Of a DNA stretch of 64,000 nucleotides, positions 1 to 10,854 are shown piece after piece (the first letter of the stretch is position 1; each line of letters opens with the position of its first letter). The notes under the pieces are model-generated. The model ran no database searches, was not told the origin of the DNA, and saw only the letters and a list, made by a program, of their open reading frames with translations. Source of the stretch: the human T2T-CHM13v2.0 reference genome, Homo sapiens; NCBI RefSeq assembly GCF_009914755.1, contig NC_060926.1. The stretch is one strand, 5' to 3'. The position numbers and the translations under genes are program-made.

Positions 1-1039
1 ATTTGTTAAGTCCAGCAGTGAATTTATTAAGGTGTTTTACCAGAAGAAAAATTAGATTGCCAAGTGCTGTCGAGAGAGGGAGGTATCATTGCCAGTCCTA
101 GGTCACAAAGCTGTTTTGTTGCTAATGACCTGAAATTCTCACTGAGCATGTTTACAAGTATGTGTGTATATGTAAATATGTATTCTTCCTATTGTATATT
201 TAATCATCTATTCGCTTTGTTCAGTAGCCCTCCACTTCTGTTAAGATAACGCTTGAGAAAGAGAAATTTCCTGAGGTTTAGGCATTCTGTGTTTAGGAAC
301 CATGTGCTCAAACGCTATTTCTTGATGAATTTCAAGTCTGAACTTCTAAGAATAGGGAAATGTGACACCTCATCTAAATAAAATGTAGGCAAGACGGTGC
401 CACATGGGGAAGAATCCAAGAAGCCAGGATTTAAGTCCCAGTTCCATATTGGAAAATGGTTTCATTGTGTACCTGTTTATTAAACTCTCTGAGCTTTAGT
501 GAACCGGCTACCAAATGAGCTTCAGAATGTTTTCTCTATTTCAGTCACATAAGTTGGCATAAGAACCAACTTATGCCAAGTTTCATGACAATTTCACTAG
601 TGTAAATCTTTGCATATATCATAAATATTCAATTGACAAATAAAAGCAAGACATAATGCATTAATAAGAAATAATTTAAGTATAAATATAAGATGATCCT
701 ATTATTATTACCTACATAATTCTCTGTTTCCTTATTCGGAAATGTTGGCTACTTCACGACACAGCTCTGCCTCTCTCAGGACTAATCAAAGCCTTGATCT
801 AAAATAAGCAGGACTAAGAGGAGCTACTGACATCTACCCGCCCCCCATGAAAATGGGGTAAAGACCAGAGACAAAGTTTTCAATCTGACACACAAAGCAA
901 AATTAAAACAATAATAAATAAAAATAATGATAAAAATATACACAAAACAAGTCGATCTTTATGCTAGTGTCAAGCAGTGTGGTAAATATTTTCTGTAGAT
1001 CAATTTATGGAATCCATACAGCAATCATATTGCTGACAC

Positions 1040-1160
1040 TATTCATACCTCTATTTTATATATGAGGAAACTGACACTGATCAACTTGGCCAAGATTACA
1101 CAGGTAGGAACATATCCTGCTGATCTGGCCCCACCGGCAATGCACTTAGCCATTATCCTG
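1040..1160 (-). mobile_element. MIR SINE relic
   Basis: attttatatatgaggaaactgacac...ttggccaagattacacag matches the reverse complement of the MIR core. Confidence 0.65.
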
Positions 1161-1331
1161 TGCAACTTCTACTATCTTCAAATTATTCTGAAGAAAACCC
1201 AGGGGGAAATAGAGCTTTTTTAAATAGGCTGCTCTCATTGGATCCTGTATTCCTGCTATGACTTTTAGAGCACAGCTATGCCTTGATGAAAGTGGGAAGG
1301 GATTTCTATAAATGTCGTTTCTCTTGGGAAG

Positions 1332-1490
1332 GGTCTGGAGTCAGGTGGACCCGAGTGTTTAAATACACATCCTGCCTCTCATTAGCTTTGTTGCTGAGCA
1401 CTTGCCTTTTCCAAGCCTCATTTTCTTCACATTAAATGTAGAGAAAAATGAGTATTTCATGGGGTTATTGTGAAGATTAAATAAAATATC
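1332..1490 (+). mobile_element. MIR SINE relic
   Basis: tctggagtcag...gcctcattttcttcac...catggggttattgtgaagattaaataa follows the MIR consensus. Confidence 0.7.
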
Positions 1491-2266
1491 TATCAGTAGT
1501 CCTACTATAATGCCTTTCAGAGAAGGAAATCCATACATGTGTTATTCATTCTCCTGCATATCAAACAGGATCCCAAAGTCTATTGTGGTGTAGACTTTGC
1601 CCAGTGGGCACTGATTGGAATGTCTAACTGGTCTCCACTTTCTGGCCACTCTTTCACTCAAGTCTCTTCAATTTTTCATCAAAACACTGACCATCTTTTA
1701 TCAAGTTCTACCATGTTCCATTTGTTTACAATTTTTACCGAGAACCATAGAGACATGAAATTGAGGGTTTAAGTTAATGGTAGGGCTCAGAGCCAAAGTC
1801 AACAGACTCAGGAAGAGCTTTGTTTCTTTCTTTAGATTTATCTTTTATTCCTTCTTCTACTTATAAAGAAATTGTTGTTCTTCTCATTAGCTTGCTTAAG
1901 GCTCACCCTCGTTGCTTTCTGTTGCTTGCAAACCAAGAACTCCAAGAGGCTCTTCTTAGCCCCTGAAAACTGCCACTTCCACTAACACCCAGAACAAAGA
2001 ATCTGGATAATCATCTTAAACATGAACACCATTGATGATGTTTACTAAGATGAGGTATGATCACTTAGTTTTCTCCCCTTAATGTAACTATATCTCAATT
2101 CTTTATTTTAGAGATTTGAAGAATGTGTTTCATAAGACACCTTATCAAGCAGAGATTAATTCTTCTATAACATCATGACATTTATAGGTCATCCATTATT
2201 ACTTATGGGAAATAACGAGACTTAAGTTTGCATATATGTCTTATTCCACTACCATCTTGAAAACAA

Positions 2267-2722
2267 TGGATGCAGGGCAGATGAACCCGAAAGTTGAGCT
2301 TAGCCAGTGAGGGTTCTTGGCTTTGCGCAGGAAAGAATTCAAAGGCGAGCCATAGATAGAAGAAAATAGCTTTGTTGAAGGGGCAGTGTTACTGCTCTGT
2401 GACTGCTCTTGAAGAGCAGGGATACTCCATGAGCACAGAGTAGCAGCTCAGGGCAATTTTCTAGTCACATTTATACCTACTTTTAATTGCATGCAGATTT
2501 CAGTTCATCCAGAAATTTCTAGGAAAGGAGTAGGAATCATTGTGTTATTGCCATGGAAAAGGATGGTAATGCCCACGTGTTGCCATGACAACGGTAAATT
2601 GACATGGCACACTGGTGGGCATATTTGTCTGAAAGATACTTTTATCCTGGTCCTGTTTTAGCTAGTCCTCATTCTGGTTCGCTGAGTCCTGGCTCTGGAG
2701 TCAAGTCATGCCTCCTACCTCA
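2267..2722 (-). mobile_element. MER66-type ERV1 solo LTR
   Basis: Ends gagtcaagtcatgcctcctacctca (reverse complement TGAGGTAGGAGGC..., the MER66 5' end); gggttcttggctttgcgcaggaaagaattcaaaggcgagcc near the other end. Confidence 0.75.
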
Positions 2723-2829
2723 TAACTGGTAGGAAAAATTAAAAGGAAAATACTTTTGAATTGATAAAGTACTCAGGAAAAGATCAAGCATTCTGAGTAT
2801 ATTCACCGCATTCTAAAATGGACTTGTAA

Positions 2830-2967
2830 TTGGGTACAGTGTTTACTGCTCCAGTGATGGGTGCACCAAAATCTCAGAAATCACCACTAAAGGACTTATT
2901 CATGTAACTAAACACCACCAGTTCCCCCCAAAACCTATGGAAATAAAACATAAAAAATAAAATAAAA
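2830..2967 (+). mobile_element. Severely 5'-truncated L1PB-type 3' end with TSD
   Basis: gatgggtgcaccaaaatctcagaaatcaccactaaag...A-rich tail; direct repeat gacttgtaa at 2821-2829 and 2968-2976. Confidence 0.85.
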
Positions 2968-4364
2968 GACTTGTAAGATGCAATACAAATACTTAGGTCA
3001 AAGAATATAAATATACTTGTTTTCTCTTGTTGATATGGAATTTTCTTAAGTTTTAACTTTTGGTTTTTCTCGCAAAGTCATTTTGCATATCTGTCATAAT
3101 GTAATAATGTCTTTAAAACAGGTATTTAAACTCTTAACTTCCAAAAAAAAATTAAAAGATCTTAGATTTATGGTGCTATATCTGTCAGGCCTTCAGGATT
3201 CCAACCATATACAGAAATTTTGGTCTCTTCCAGACTGGATGTGAGCTCTAGGACCAGGGGCTGAGTGAAAGCCGTGGCTCCTAGCCAATGACAACAAAAT
3301 GCAAGGTTCACTGGCATTGTGTTTCCAAACAGAGCCAAGTTAAACTGCATTATTATACTGTTAGCAACAATACAACTTCCTAGAAAATTGCGTGTTTTGT
3401 TAATACAGGAACACGCTGGCAATTAGCAGATGTGCTTGATTTAAAATGGGAATGTGCTTATTCAGTGTAAATACTGTATGACTCTCTTCTGTATCATTTC
3501 AGTTGCAGTTTCCTTGCATTGGAACATCTATCGGCAGGACAAGTTAATGACTGACAATATTGACAATATACACAATTAAATTGTGTAAGTAGAAACAAAA
3601 TTTGTTTTGTTCGAATTAGAAAAGGCATCTCCATAATAAAATATGCCTACTTACAAGAGGAATAGCTTTGCCTTAAAAAAAAGAAAAAAAAACGGGTAGA
3701 CGGACAGTCTAGAAGTGAGCATTTTTCCACAGAGAATGAAAGGTGCACAGCAGTGAAGACGCTGACGCAGAAAGGACCACACCCACGACCTGAAAGGAGT
3801 AGAGTTGTTTTTCTTTTAAAGTTGCCTTTTAGATGAATACATTCAGTTTTCTGGCAAATGCCACGCCAGTATGTGAAAGAATCAAGTACGCATACTTGGG
3901 ATCATCTAAATCTGATTTGTAGCAGCCCATGAATGCAAAGGAAAAATAAAAAGCTACCATGAAACTCCAAGCATATTCATTTTCCTCTTGGCTCTAATCC
4001 CTACAAGGAACACAGTAAAACCAGCACCAAGGGAGGGAGCTGAGGTCGCCCGGGCCTCAGGGGGCCGGGGCACAGGGGCGCATGTGTCCCGCCAGGGCTC
4101 AGGGTGTGTGCACTGTGGGTCCCAGTTTCTGTCAGCTATGGAGAAGGACGGGGTGTTCTCCTGAGAACAAATGACAGCCCAGCTAGAGGCGGTCATCTCA
4201 GGACACCAACGGGCGCCCTGGGGTTTGCTCAGTGAGGTGCGTGGGGGCTGAGGCGGGTGCTGCCTGGGGCCTCTGGGCCAGGGCCGGTGAGGACCCCCAA
4301 GTCCCCCGAGACTGCACAGCAGGGGGCCAGCATGGCCGGGCTCCTCGCTGCCCACAGGGATTGA

Positions 4365-4721
4365 AGGCAGCTGTCACACAGCCTGTCTAAAATAACAACT
4401 GGTGACAGGCAGCGCCAGGGAAAGGCAATTTCCCTGCAGATAGAAAAAACCTGAAGCTGGTGATGAGCAGCTTCCTGATAAGATCTGGGGAGCTGGGTGA
4501 GTGGGTTCACACAAGCGCCCTAAGAGGCAAAATGCCGAAGTCCGAGATACGACCTTCCAGGGCACTCCAGGGAAAAGGGAGGAACCTGCCAGGTCAGCAT
4601 GTGTACAACTCCAGTAATCACACTGGCCATGCTCCCCTCCCTAGCCTTAGCATCTCACCACGCAGGTGGGCAGCCCACCCCAAGGGAAGAATCAGCGGAG
4701 AAGGAGGCAAGACCCTAGAAG
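4365..4721 (+). mobile_element. MER50 ERV1 LTR, 5' part (interrupted by LTR12)
   Basis: ctaaaataacaactggtgacag...gcgccagggaaaggc...cagcttcctgataagatct...cagcccaccccaagggaagaatcag. Confidence 0.8.
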
Positions 4722-5876
4722 TGAGAAGTGACAATGTGCTAGCAGCCCTCGCTCGCTCTTGGTGCCTCCTCGGCCTAGGGGTCCACTCTGGCTGCACTTG
4801 AGGAGCCCTTCAGCCCGCCGCTGCCACTGTGGGAGACCCTCTCTGGGCTGGCCGAGGCCGGCTTCCTCTGCTTGTGGGGAGGTGTGGAGGGAGAGGCGTG
4901 GGTGGGAACTGGGGCTGCGCTTGGCGCGCTCCGGGTGGGCACTGGCTCTGTGGGCTCCAAGTGTGGGATTGCCAGCCGGCACCTCAGGCCCCACAGCTGT
5001 GAGGGGCTTAGCACCCGGCCAGCAGCTGTGGAGGGTGCACTGGGTCCTCCAGCAGTGCCAGGCCGCTGTCGCCGCACTCGAATTCTCGCCGGGCCTCAGC
5101 TGCCTCCCCAGGGGGCAGGGCTCAGGATCTGCAGCCCGCCATGCCCGAGCCTCCCCCCTCAAACTGCCCCCACCGTGGGCTCCGCAGTGGCCTGAGCCTC
5201 CCCGATGGGCACCACGCCCTGCTCCGCGGCACCCAGTCCCATCCACTGCCCAAGGACTGAGGAATGTGGGGGGCAGAGAGCTGACAGCTCCGCCTGTGGC
5301 CGCGGTGAGGGATCCACTAGGCCAAGCCAGCTGGGCTCCTGAGTCTAGTGGGGTCTTGGAGAACTTTTATGTCTAGTTAGAGGATTGTAAATGCACCAAT
5401 CAGCACTTTGGGTCTAAAGGTTTGTAAACACACCTATCAGTGCTCTGTGTCTAGCTAATGTAGTGGGGACTTGGAGAACTTTTATGTCTAGCTAGAGGAT
5501 TGTAAATGTGCCAATCAGCACTCTCTATGTCTAGCTCAGGGATTGTAAATGCACCAATCAGCACTCTGTCAAAACGGACCAATCAGCTCTCTGTAAAACA
5601 GACCAATCAGCTCTCTGTAAAATGGACCAATCAGCTCTCTGTAAAGTGGGCCAATGGATAAGGGAATAAAAGCAGCCTGCCCCAACCAGTAGGGGCAACC
5701 TGCTGTGGTCCCCTTACATGTTGTAGAAGTTTTGTTCTTTTGCCCATTGCAATAAATCTTGGTGCTGCTGACTGTATGAGTTTGCACCGCCTTTATGAGC
5801 TGTAACACTCAACGCGAAGGTCTGCAGCTTCACTCCTGAAACCAGGGAGATCAAGAACCCACCAATTCTGGACACA
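4722..5876 (+). mobile_element. LTR12-family (HERV9) solo LTR
   Basis: Starts TGAGAAGTGACA, ends ccaattctggacaCA; 4-bp TSD gaag at 4718-4721 and 5877-5880; GC-rich U3 and CCAAT repeats. Confidence 0.95.
5396..5675 (+). promoter_or_regulatory. LTR12 enhancer/promoter core: 7 CCAAT (NF-Y) boxes, GATA site, AATAAA TATA-like box
   Basis: CCAAT at 5396, 5511, 5554, 5579, 5603, 5627, 5651; GATAAG at 5657; AATAAA at 5665. Promoter activity is established for the family, not shown for this copy. Confidence 0.7.
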
Positions 5877-6108
5877 GAAGCATGTCAACATGTAAAACCC
5901 AAGACAAAGGTCAAACCCTGCACTTGTCCTTTAAGTCTCCCGCTTGGGCTTCTTCCAAGTGTGCTTTCCTTCCTTTCATTCCTGCTCTAAAGCTTTTTAG
6001 TAAACTTTCCCTCCTGTGCTAAAAGTTGCCTCTGAGGCACCTATTTTCCCTTTCTCTGAGGAGGCAAGAACTGAGGTTGCTGCATGTACAGATTCACCAC
6101 CAATAAGA
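5877..6108 (+). mobile_element. MER50 ERV1 LTR, 3' part
   Basis: aaggtcaaaccctgcacttg...ttcctgctctaaagcttttta...gaggaggcaagaactgaggttgctgca resumes where the 5' part stopped. Confidence 0.8.
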
Positions 6109-6203
6109 GAAGCAGTTGAATTTCAACTTCCAAAGTCTAGTGTGAGAGCTGGCTGACATAAGTCACTTCAAAGTGATATGGAGATATTTTTATTCATACT
6201 TAT

Positions 6204-6261
6204 TTTATAGACAGAAATGTGAATATGTTACATTTATAGACAGAAACGTGAATGTGTTACA
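6204..6261. repeat. 29-bp tandem duplication (2 copies, 2 mismatches)
   Basis: tttatagacagaaatgtgaatatgttaca / tttatagacagaaacgtgaatgtgttaca. Confidence 0.9.
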
Positions 6262-6789
6262 TTCTTCACAAATTTTAAAAAATTAGAACATCATTTGGGG
6301 TTGACCACAGTTTTCACTTTTTATTCATCAAGTGAGTAGAAATATTAGCTCTAATTTAGACTGATATCTTCATAAAGTGCAAATCTTTAAAAAGTTATAT
6401 ACTGCATCTTCTTAGGCAACCATGAAGAGAGAAATCTATTTTCTTTGCAAGATAATTTTTAAATTTTTTCTAATATTTTAGATAATGGCAGTATATGATC
6501 ATTTCTAAAAATTTAAAATGCAAATACATATTAAAATTACATTGATCATATCACACCCCCCAAAAAATGGTGTTAATATTTGTGATATATGCTTTCAAAC
6601 ACTTTTGACCAGGTGTATGGGTAACAAAAATGTCATATATGTGACATAGTTTCATTTTTGTATAGCTATATACATCCATATACATACTAAGTATATAGAT
6701 ATTCCAAATGGTATATGCTTCTTGAGTGCATGTGTAGTGAAATAGTCTATGTGTTTTTTAATGTTGTATGCTTTTGAATCTTTTGAATA

Positions 6790-7925
6790 TATCTCAATGT
6801 TTTGAAGTATTTTTCAAATGCATGACAATGGCTGCACAGCATTCTCTCATTTGAGTGTGTAATATATAAAACACTCGTTCAAAATGGCCGTGCTTATCTC
6901 GTAATGTTTTCATTTTTAAAATCTAGACATGAAATTCCAGGATAAACTTGTAGAGTCATGTTGAGGGTCGTGGGGCCCTTTTCACAAGTAGCTCTCAGAA
7001 ACCTATGACCAGCTTAGCTTCTCCCAAGCAGTGTATCAGTTCCTTTTTCACTGCACCCTTGACAAACCTGGAGGCTTAAAAACATGTCATCGTGACATGT
7101 GAAAGGTGTCTTTACTTGTTGGCATTTTTACTCATTTGTTTTTCTGAAAACTACCTTGACTGTTCACACTATGATGTGAGCTGTTTATCTCCTTGCTGTG
7201 CTCTTTATTGTAAACACATTTTTCGTAATAATCCAAAATTTTTATTCATGTATAACATGCCTCTTAATTCTATTTATGATGCTATTCAATGTAAAAATGT
7301 CATGAAATGTTTATGCTTGCAAGTTGTTAAATTCCACTGTTCAATTACTGAAGTTTTCTCCTTATATTTACTTTTTTAACAAATAAATCTGATTAGTCTG
7401 AAGCTTAAAATGATGAAAATTAGTATTACAATTGTCAAGTTGCTAGCAATTTCTCCAGTATCATTTAATATGTCCATATTTGCCCCCCTGATTTGTACTG
7501 TACTAATTTCTTCAATATGCTATTTTGTTTCTCTGAAATAATTCTATTCTTTGTCCATTGTTAGGTGAATACCACACTGCTTTATTTATTTCAGAGCTAA
7601 AATGTACTTTCATGTCTTCTAGCCCCATTATGTCTATTTTATTTTACCAATAGTTTCCTGTATTTCCCTTCAAATGAATAGGAATATTTCTATGATGTTC
7701 TAAAAAATAGGGGATTTGGCTTCTAATTTCATTAACTCATTAATTCATTTTGAGAAGATTACAAATTTTACAGGACTTAGTTTTCGCCTCAAGGAAGATT
7801 ACATGCCCTTTTATGTGCTTCTATTTTTGCTTGTTCCATCAGTTGTATTTTGTAAATTTCTCACTATGCTTCTAACATATTTATGTTTAAATTTTATATT
7901 TATACAAAATATATGTTCATATTAA
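6790..7925 (-). mobile_element. Ancient L1M (L1ME-like) fragment
   Basis: T-rich decayed L1 antisense motifs (aatggctgcacagcattc, ctcccaagcagtgtatcagttcc, aataccacactgcttta). Confidence 0.55.
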
Positions 7926-7949
7926 AAGACGGCGTTTAAATAGGTTTAA

Positions 7950-8238
7950 GTACTTACATCTTGATCTCCAAATCCCACTCTTCACTAGAATGAACTGAAG
8001 TTCCTGGAAGAAGCAGTTTGCCAGCTTGGAGGCCAGGAAGGTACAAGCGAGTGTAGGACATCTCATGCTGGAAAACAAGAAAATATTCAAACTTTTATGG
8101 GATGTGGGGTGTGGCTGGAGGGGAGGAGGAGAGGGCTCCTGCAGGGCTTGCGATTCTACCTCTTGAGCTCAGTGCAGGGTACACAGGTGGGCTCAAATTG
8201 TGAAAATTAATTGAGACTGTAGAGAGTTTCAGTAAGTC

Positions 8239-8275
<37 letters not shown>

Positions 8276-8880
8276 AAGCTTCAATAGAAGGTTTGAAAAC
8301 TATGAATAAGAAGGTAAAAAGATAATTCTAAGGGGTTCCTACTAAGTTTGAAACAATTTCACCATGAAATTACTAATGATACCAATGAAGAATAATAGAT
8401 TGAAAATAAAATGGATAGAAATCAAGATTTTTTTTAAAAATGAATACACAGGGAATGGTTTAAGCTCTACTTCACAGAAGAATGTCAGTTAGTAAATATT
8501 GAAACGTAGAAGGAATGAAAGAACTACAAAATAAGTGCAATAATTGTTTCAGGCAAGAACCATCAATGAGTGAAAAAAATCATCGGATATTATTGTCACA
8601 GATTACTTATTAATTACAAACGAAGATGTATCTTTACAGTGAACAAACCTGGCAGACAATACCTCAAGTTGTTAAATTTAGCATCACCAATATTGGAGCA
8701 ACCTGGCATCAGATTTCCTCTGATGTAAGGCGATGGGAATTACAAAAAAAAAAAAAAGTGCTTACGTAGTATGTTACCTAAACTACTTAACGTAAAGGAA
8801 ATAATCAGACTTATCTAGATTGTAGACATTCTCCAAAATGACAAGCACTTATCCTTTAAAATTATCAATGATATGAAGCT
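7950..8880 (+). mobile_element. L1MC4-like 3' region fragments
   Basis: tttcaggcaagaaccatcaatg...gattacttattaattacaaa...ctttacagtgaacaaacctggcagac...catcaccaat typical of L1MC 3' UTR. Confidence 0.6.
8241..8272. repeat. (GT)16 microsatellite
   Basis: Perfect dinucleotide run. Confidence 0.95.
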
Positions 8881-8897
8881 TTAAAAATGCAAGGGAA

Positions 8898-8979
8898 CTT
8901 GCAGTGAGCTGAGATCGCACCACTGCACTCCAGCCCGGGCGACAGAGCAAGGCTCCGTCACAAAAAAAAAAAAAAAAGA
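8898..8979 (+). mobile_element. 5'-truncated Alu (Y-like 3' end) with TSD
   Basis: cttgcagtgagctgagatcgc...poly(A); gcaagggaa at 8889-8897 and 8980-8988. Confidence 0.9.
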
Positions 8980-9871
8980 GCAAGGGAAATATTTGAAAGG
9001 AGATAAAGAGAAAAACAAAGTGTAATCGTTGGTTGAATCCTTGGTGGTGCGTGTGCGAAAACACACCAAGTTCTATTTCCACAGGCCCTCCTGCTAAAAC
9101 CTGAGGGCAGTGAGATGTTACAGCCACATCCTTAGCTAGGAGCATTAAGATGTATTTATTCTCAAATGAAAATTCTGTTTTATTTTACTATAATACATAA
9201 ATATATCCTTAATTTAGTAAATATAAAAATACAAAATAAATGAAGAAATGTAACCATATTCCTCCTTTGCAAAAGACAAAGCCTGCATTTTGGTCTATTT
9301 TTGCCCATACTAGTTTTATGTATAGATTATTTTTATTCATGCTATAATAATTATGGGTTTATTTTTATTTATCAAATATTTATTAATCACCTTCAATAAA
9401 CAGAATATAGAAGCAGGTTTCTGCTAATGGGATAACACTTAAACTTTTCAAAGCATAGGAAGTACATTCGATGGTTCTAGTTGACACTTACATCCAAGCT
9501 GTTCAATGTCCCTACACCTAAATGTATACTTTAACTTCCTTCCAACTGTATCATTCACAGAAAACACAATCTTATTTCAAAACATTGGACAGAAATACAG
9601 AAATAATCGTGGCTTACACTAGGTTAGTAAAATATGAGAATAAAAAGTATATTATTTAATAAAAATATTGAATTAAAAATAAACCATAAGAACATAGGAT
9701 CAATTCAGAAAAAAATTAGAGATAATTTTGAAGGTTGGCATGAATAGTTTATTTGGTTGCTAATGTGAATTCAACACAGGAAAGCTAAAAGGTGGTCACT
9801 GGTTTTCATGATGATATTAGTGAGAATAGATTTGGTTTAATAGTAGAAGCTGAATTCAAATTGAAGGGGCT

Positions 9872-10233
9872 TCTGAGCCTATTCAGGCTGCCATAGCAAA
9901 ATGCCTTAGGCTGGGCACTTTATAAATCACAGAGATTTACTGCTCACAGTTCTGAAGGCTGGGAAGTTCAAGATCAAGGCAACAGCAGGTGTGATGTCTT
10001 ATGAGGGCTCACCCTCTGCTTCAAAGATGGTACCTTCCTGCTGTCTTCTCACATGGCAGAAGAGACAAACAAGGTCCTTGGGGCCTCTTTTATAAGGGCT
10101 CTGATCCCATTCATTAGCAAAGGCCCTCATGACCAAATCATCTTTGAGAGATCCCACCTCTTAATGCTATTGTATTGGGGATTCAATTTTAACTTACGAA
10201 TTTTGGAAGGACACAAACATTTAGGCCATAGCA
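9872..10233 (-). mobile_element. MLT1A-type MaLR LTR
   Basis: ctcacagttctgaaggctgggaagttcaagatcaagg...acacaaacatttaggccatagca (reverse complement of the MLT1A start). Confidence 0.85.
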
Positions 10234-10854
10234 AGGGGATTGAGGAATAAAAAAGATGTAAGAAAGTGGAAGATTTTATTTAGAGGAAAACACTTTTGAA
10301 GACAATGAGCATAAGAGAAAGAAGATCTGAGAGAAAAAAATCAGAGGGTATTATGGAATCAAAGAAGGGTTCCTAAAATGAAAGACCTTCAATGACACTG
10401 GGAGAGAATAAGGAGTGAGCCATCCTGGAGTTAATGGAAAGCAGACATGATTAACAGTCATTAACAGTATAAAGGCCCTGAAAATGAAGGCAATGGGATT
10501 TGGTGAACATAAAAAGGAGCTGGCTTTAGGAGAAAAAACAGTTTTTTTTTTGTAATAGAAGTTAATGAAGGATTTTCCAGGTATATAGCCATAGTTCCTG
10601 CAAATATTGTTTCTACCCATGTATTTACAAAATCAATAAGTTCTCTTTGTCATATTTAATTTCCTTAGCTAGCATTGCCAGAGCCATGTTAAATGTTGGG
10701 AAGCATGAATTTTAATCATGTTGGTAATGTACAAATCTGTTTCTGTATTATTATTACCATTATTTATTCAGTAATTGGCTATATCAAATAACATTTTTGT
10801 TACCAATAAATATATTTAAATATTTTGAATTATTATGTTTATTATATCTATAAT

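Noticed and set aside
4692-5376. Long GC-rich ORFs (184-205 aa), and similar ones at 55776-56506
   Set aside because: They lie within LTR12 U3. Stop-poor GC-rich DNA gives overlapping ORFs in several frames with no protein-family signature.
5570-5660. CRISPR-like repeat array
   Set aside because: These are spacerless LTR12 tandem units (gaccaatcagctctctgtaaa) in primate DNA.
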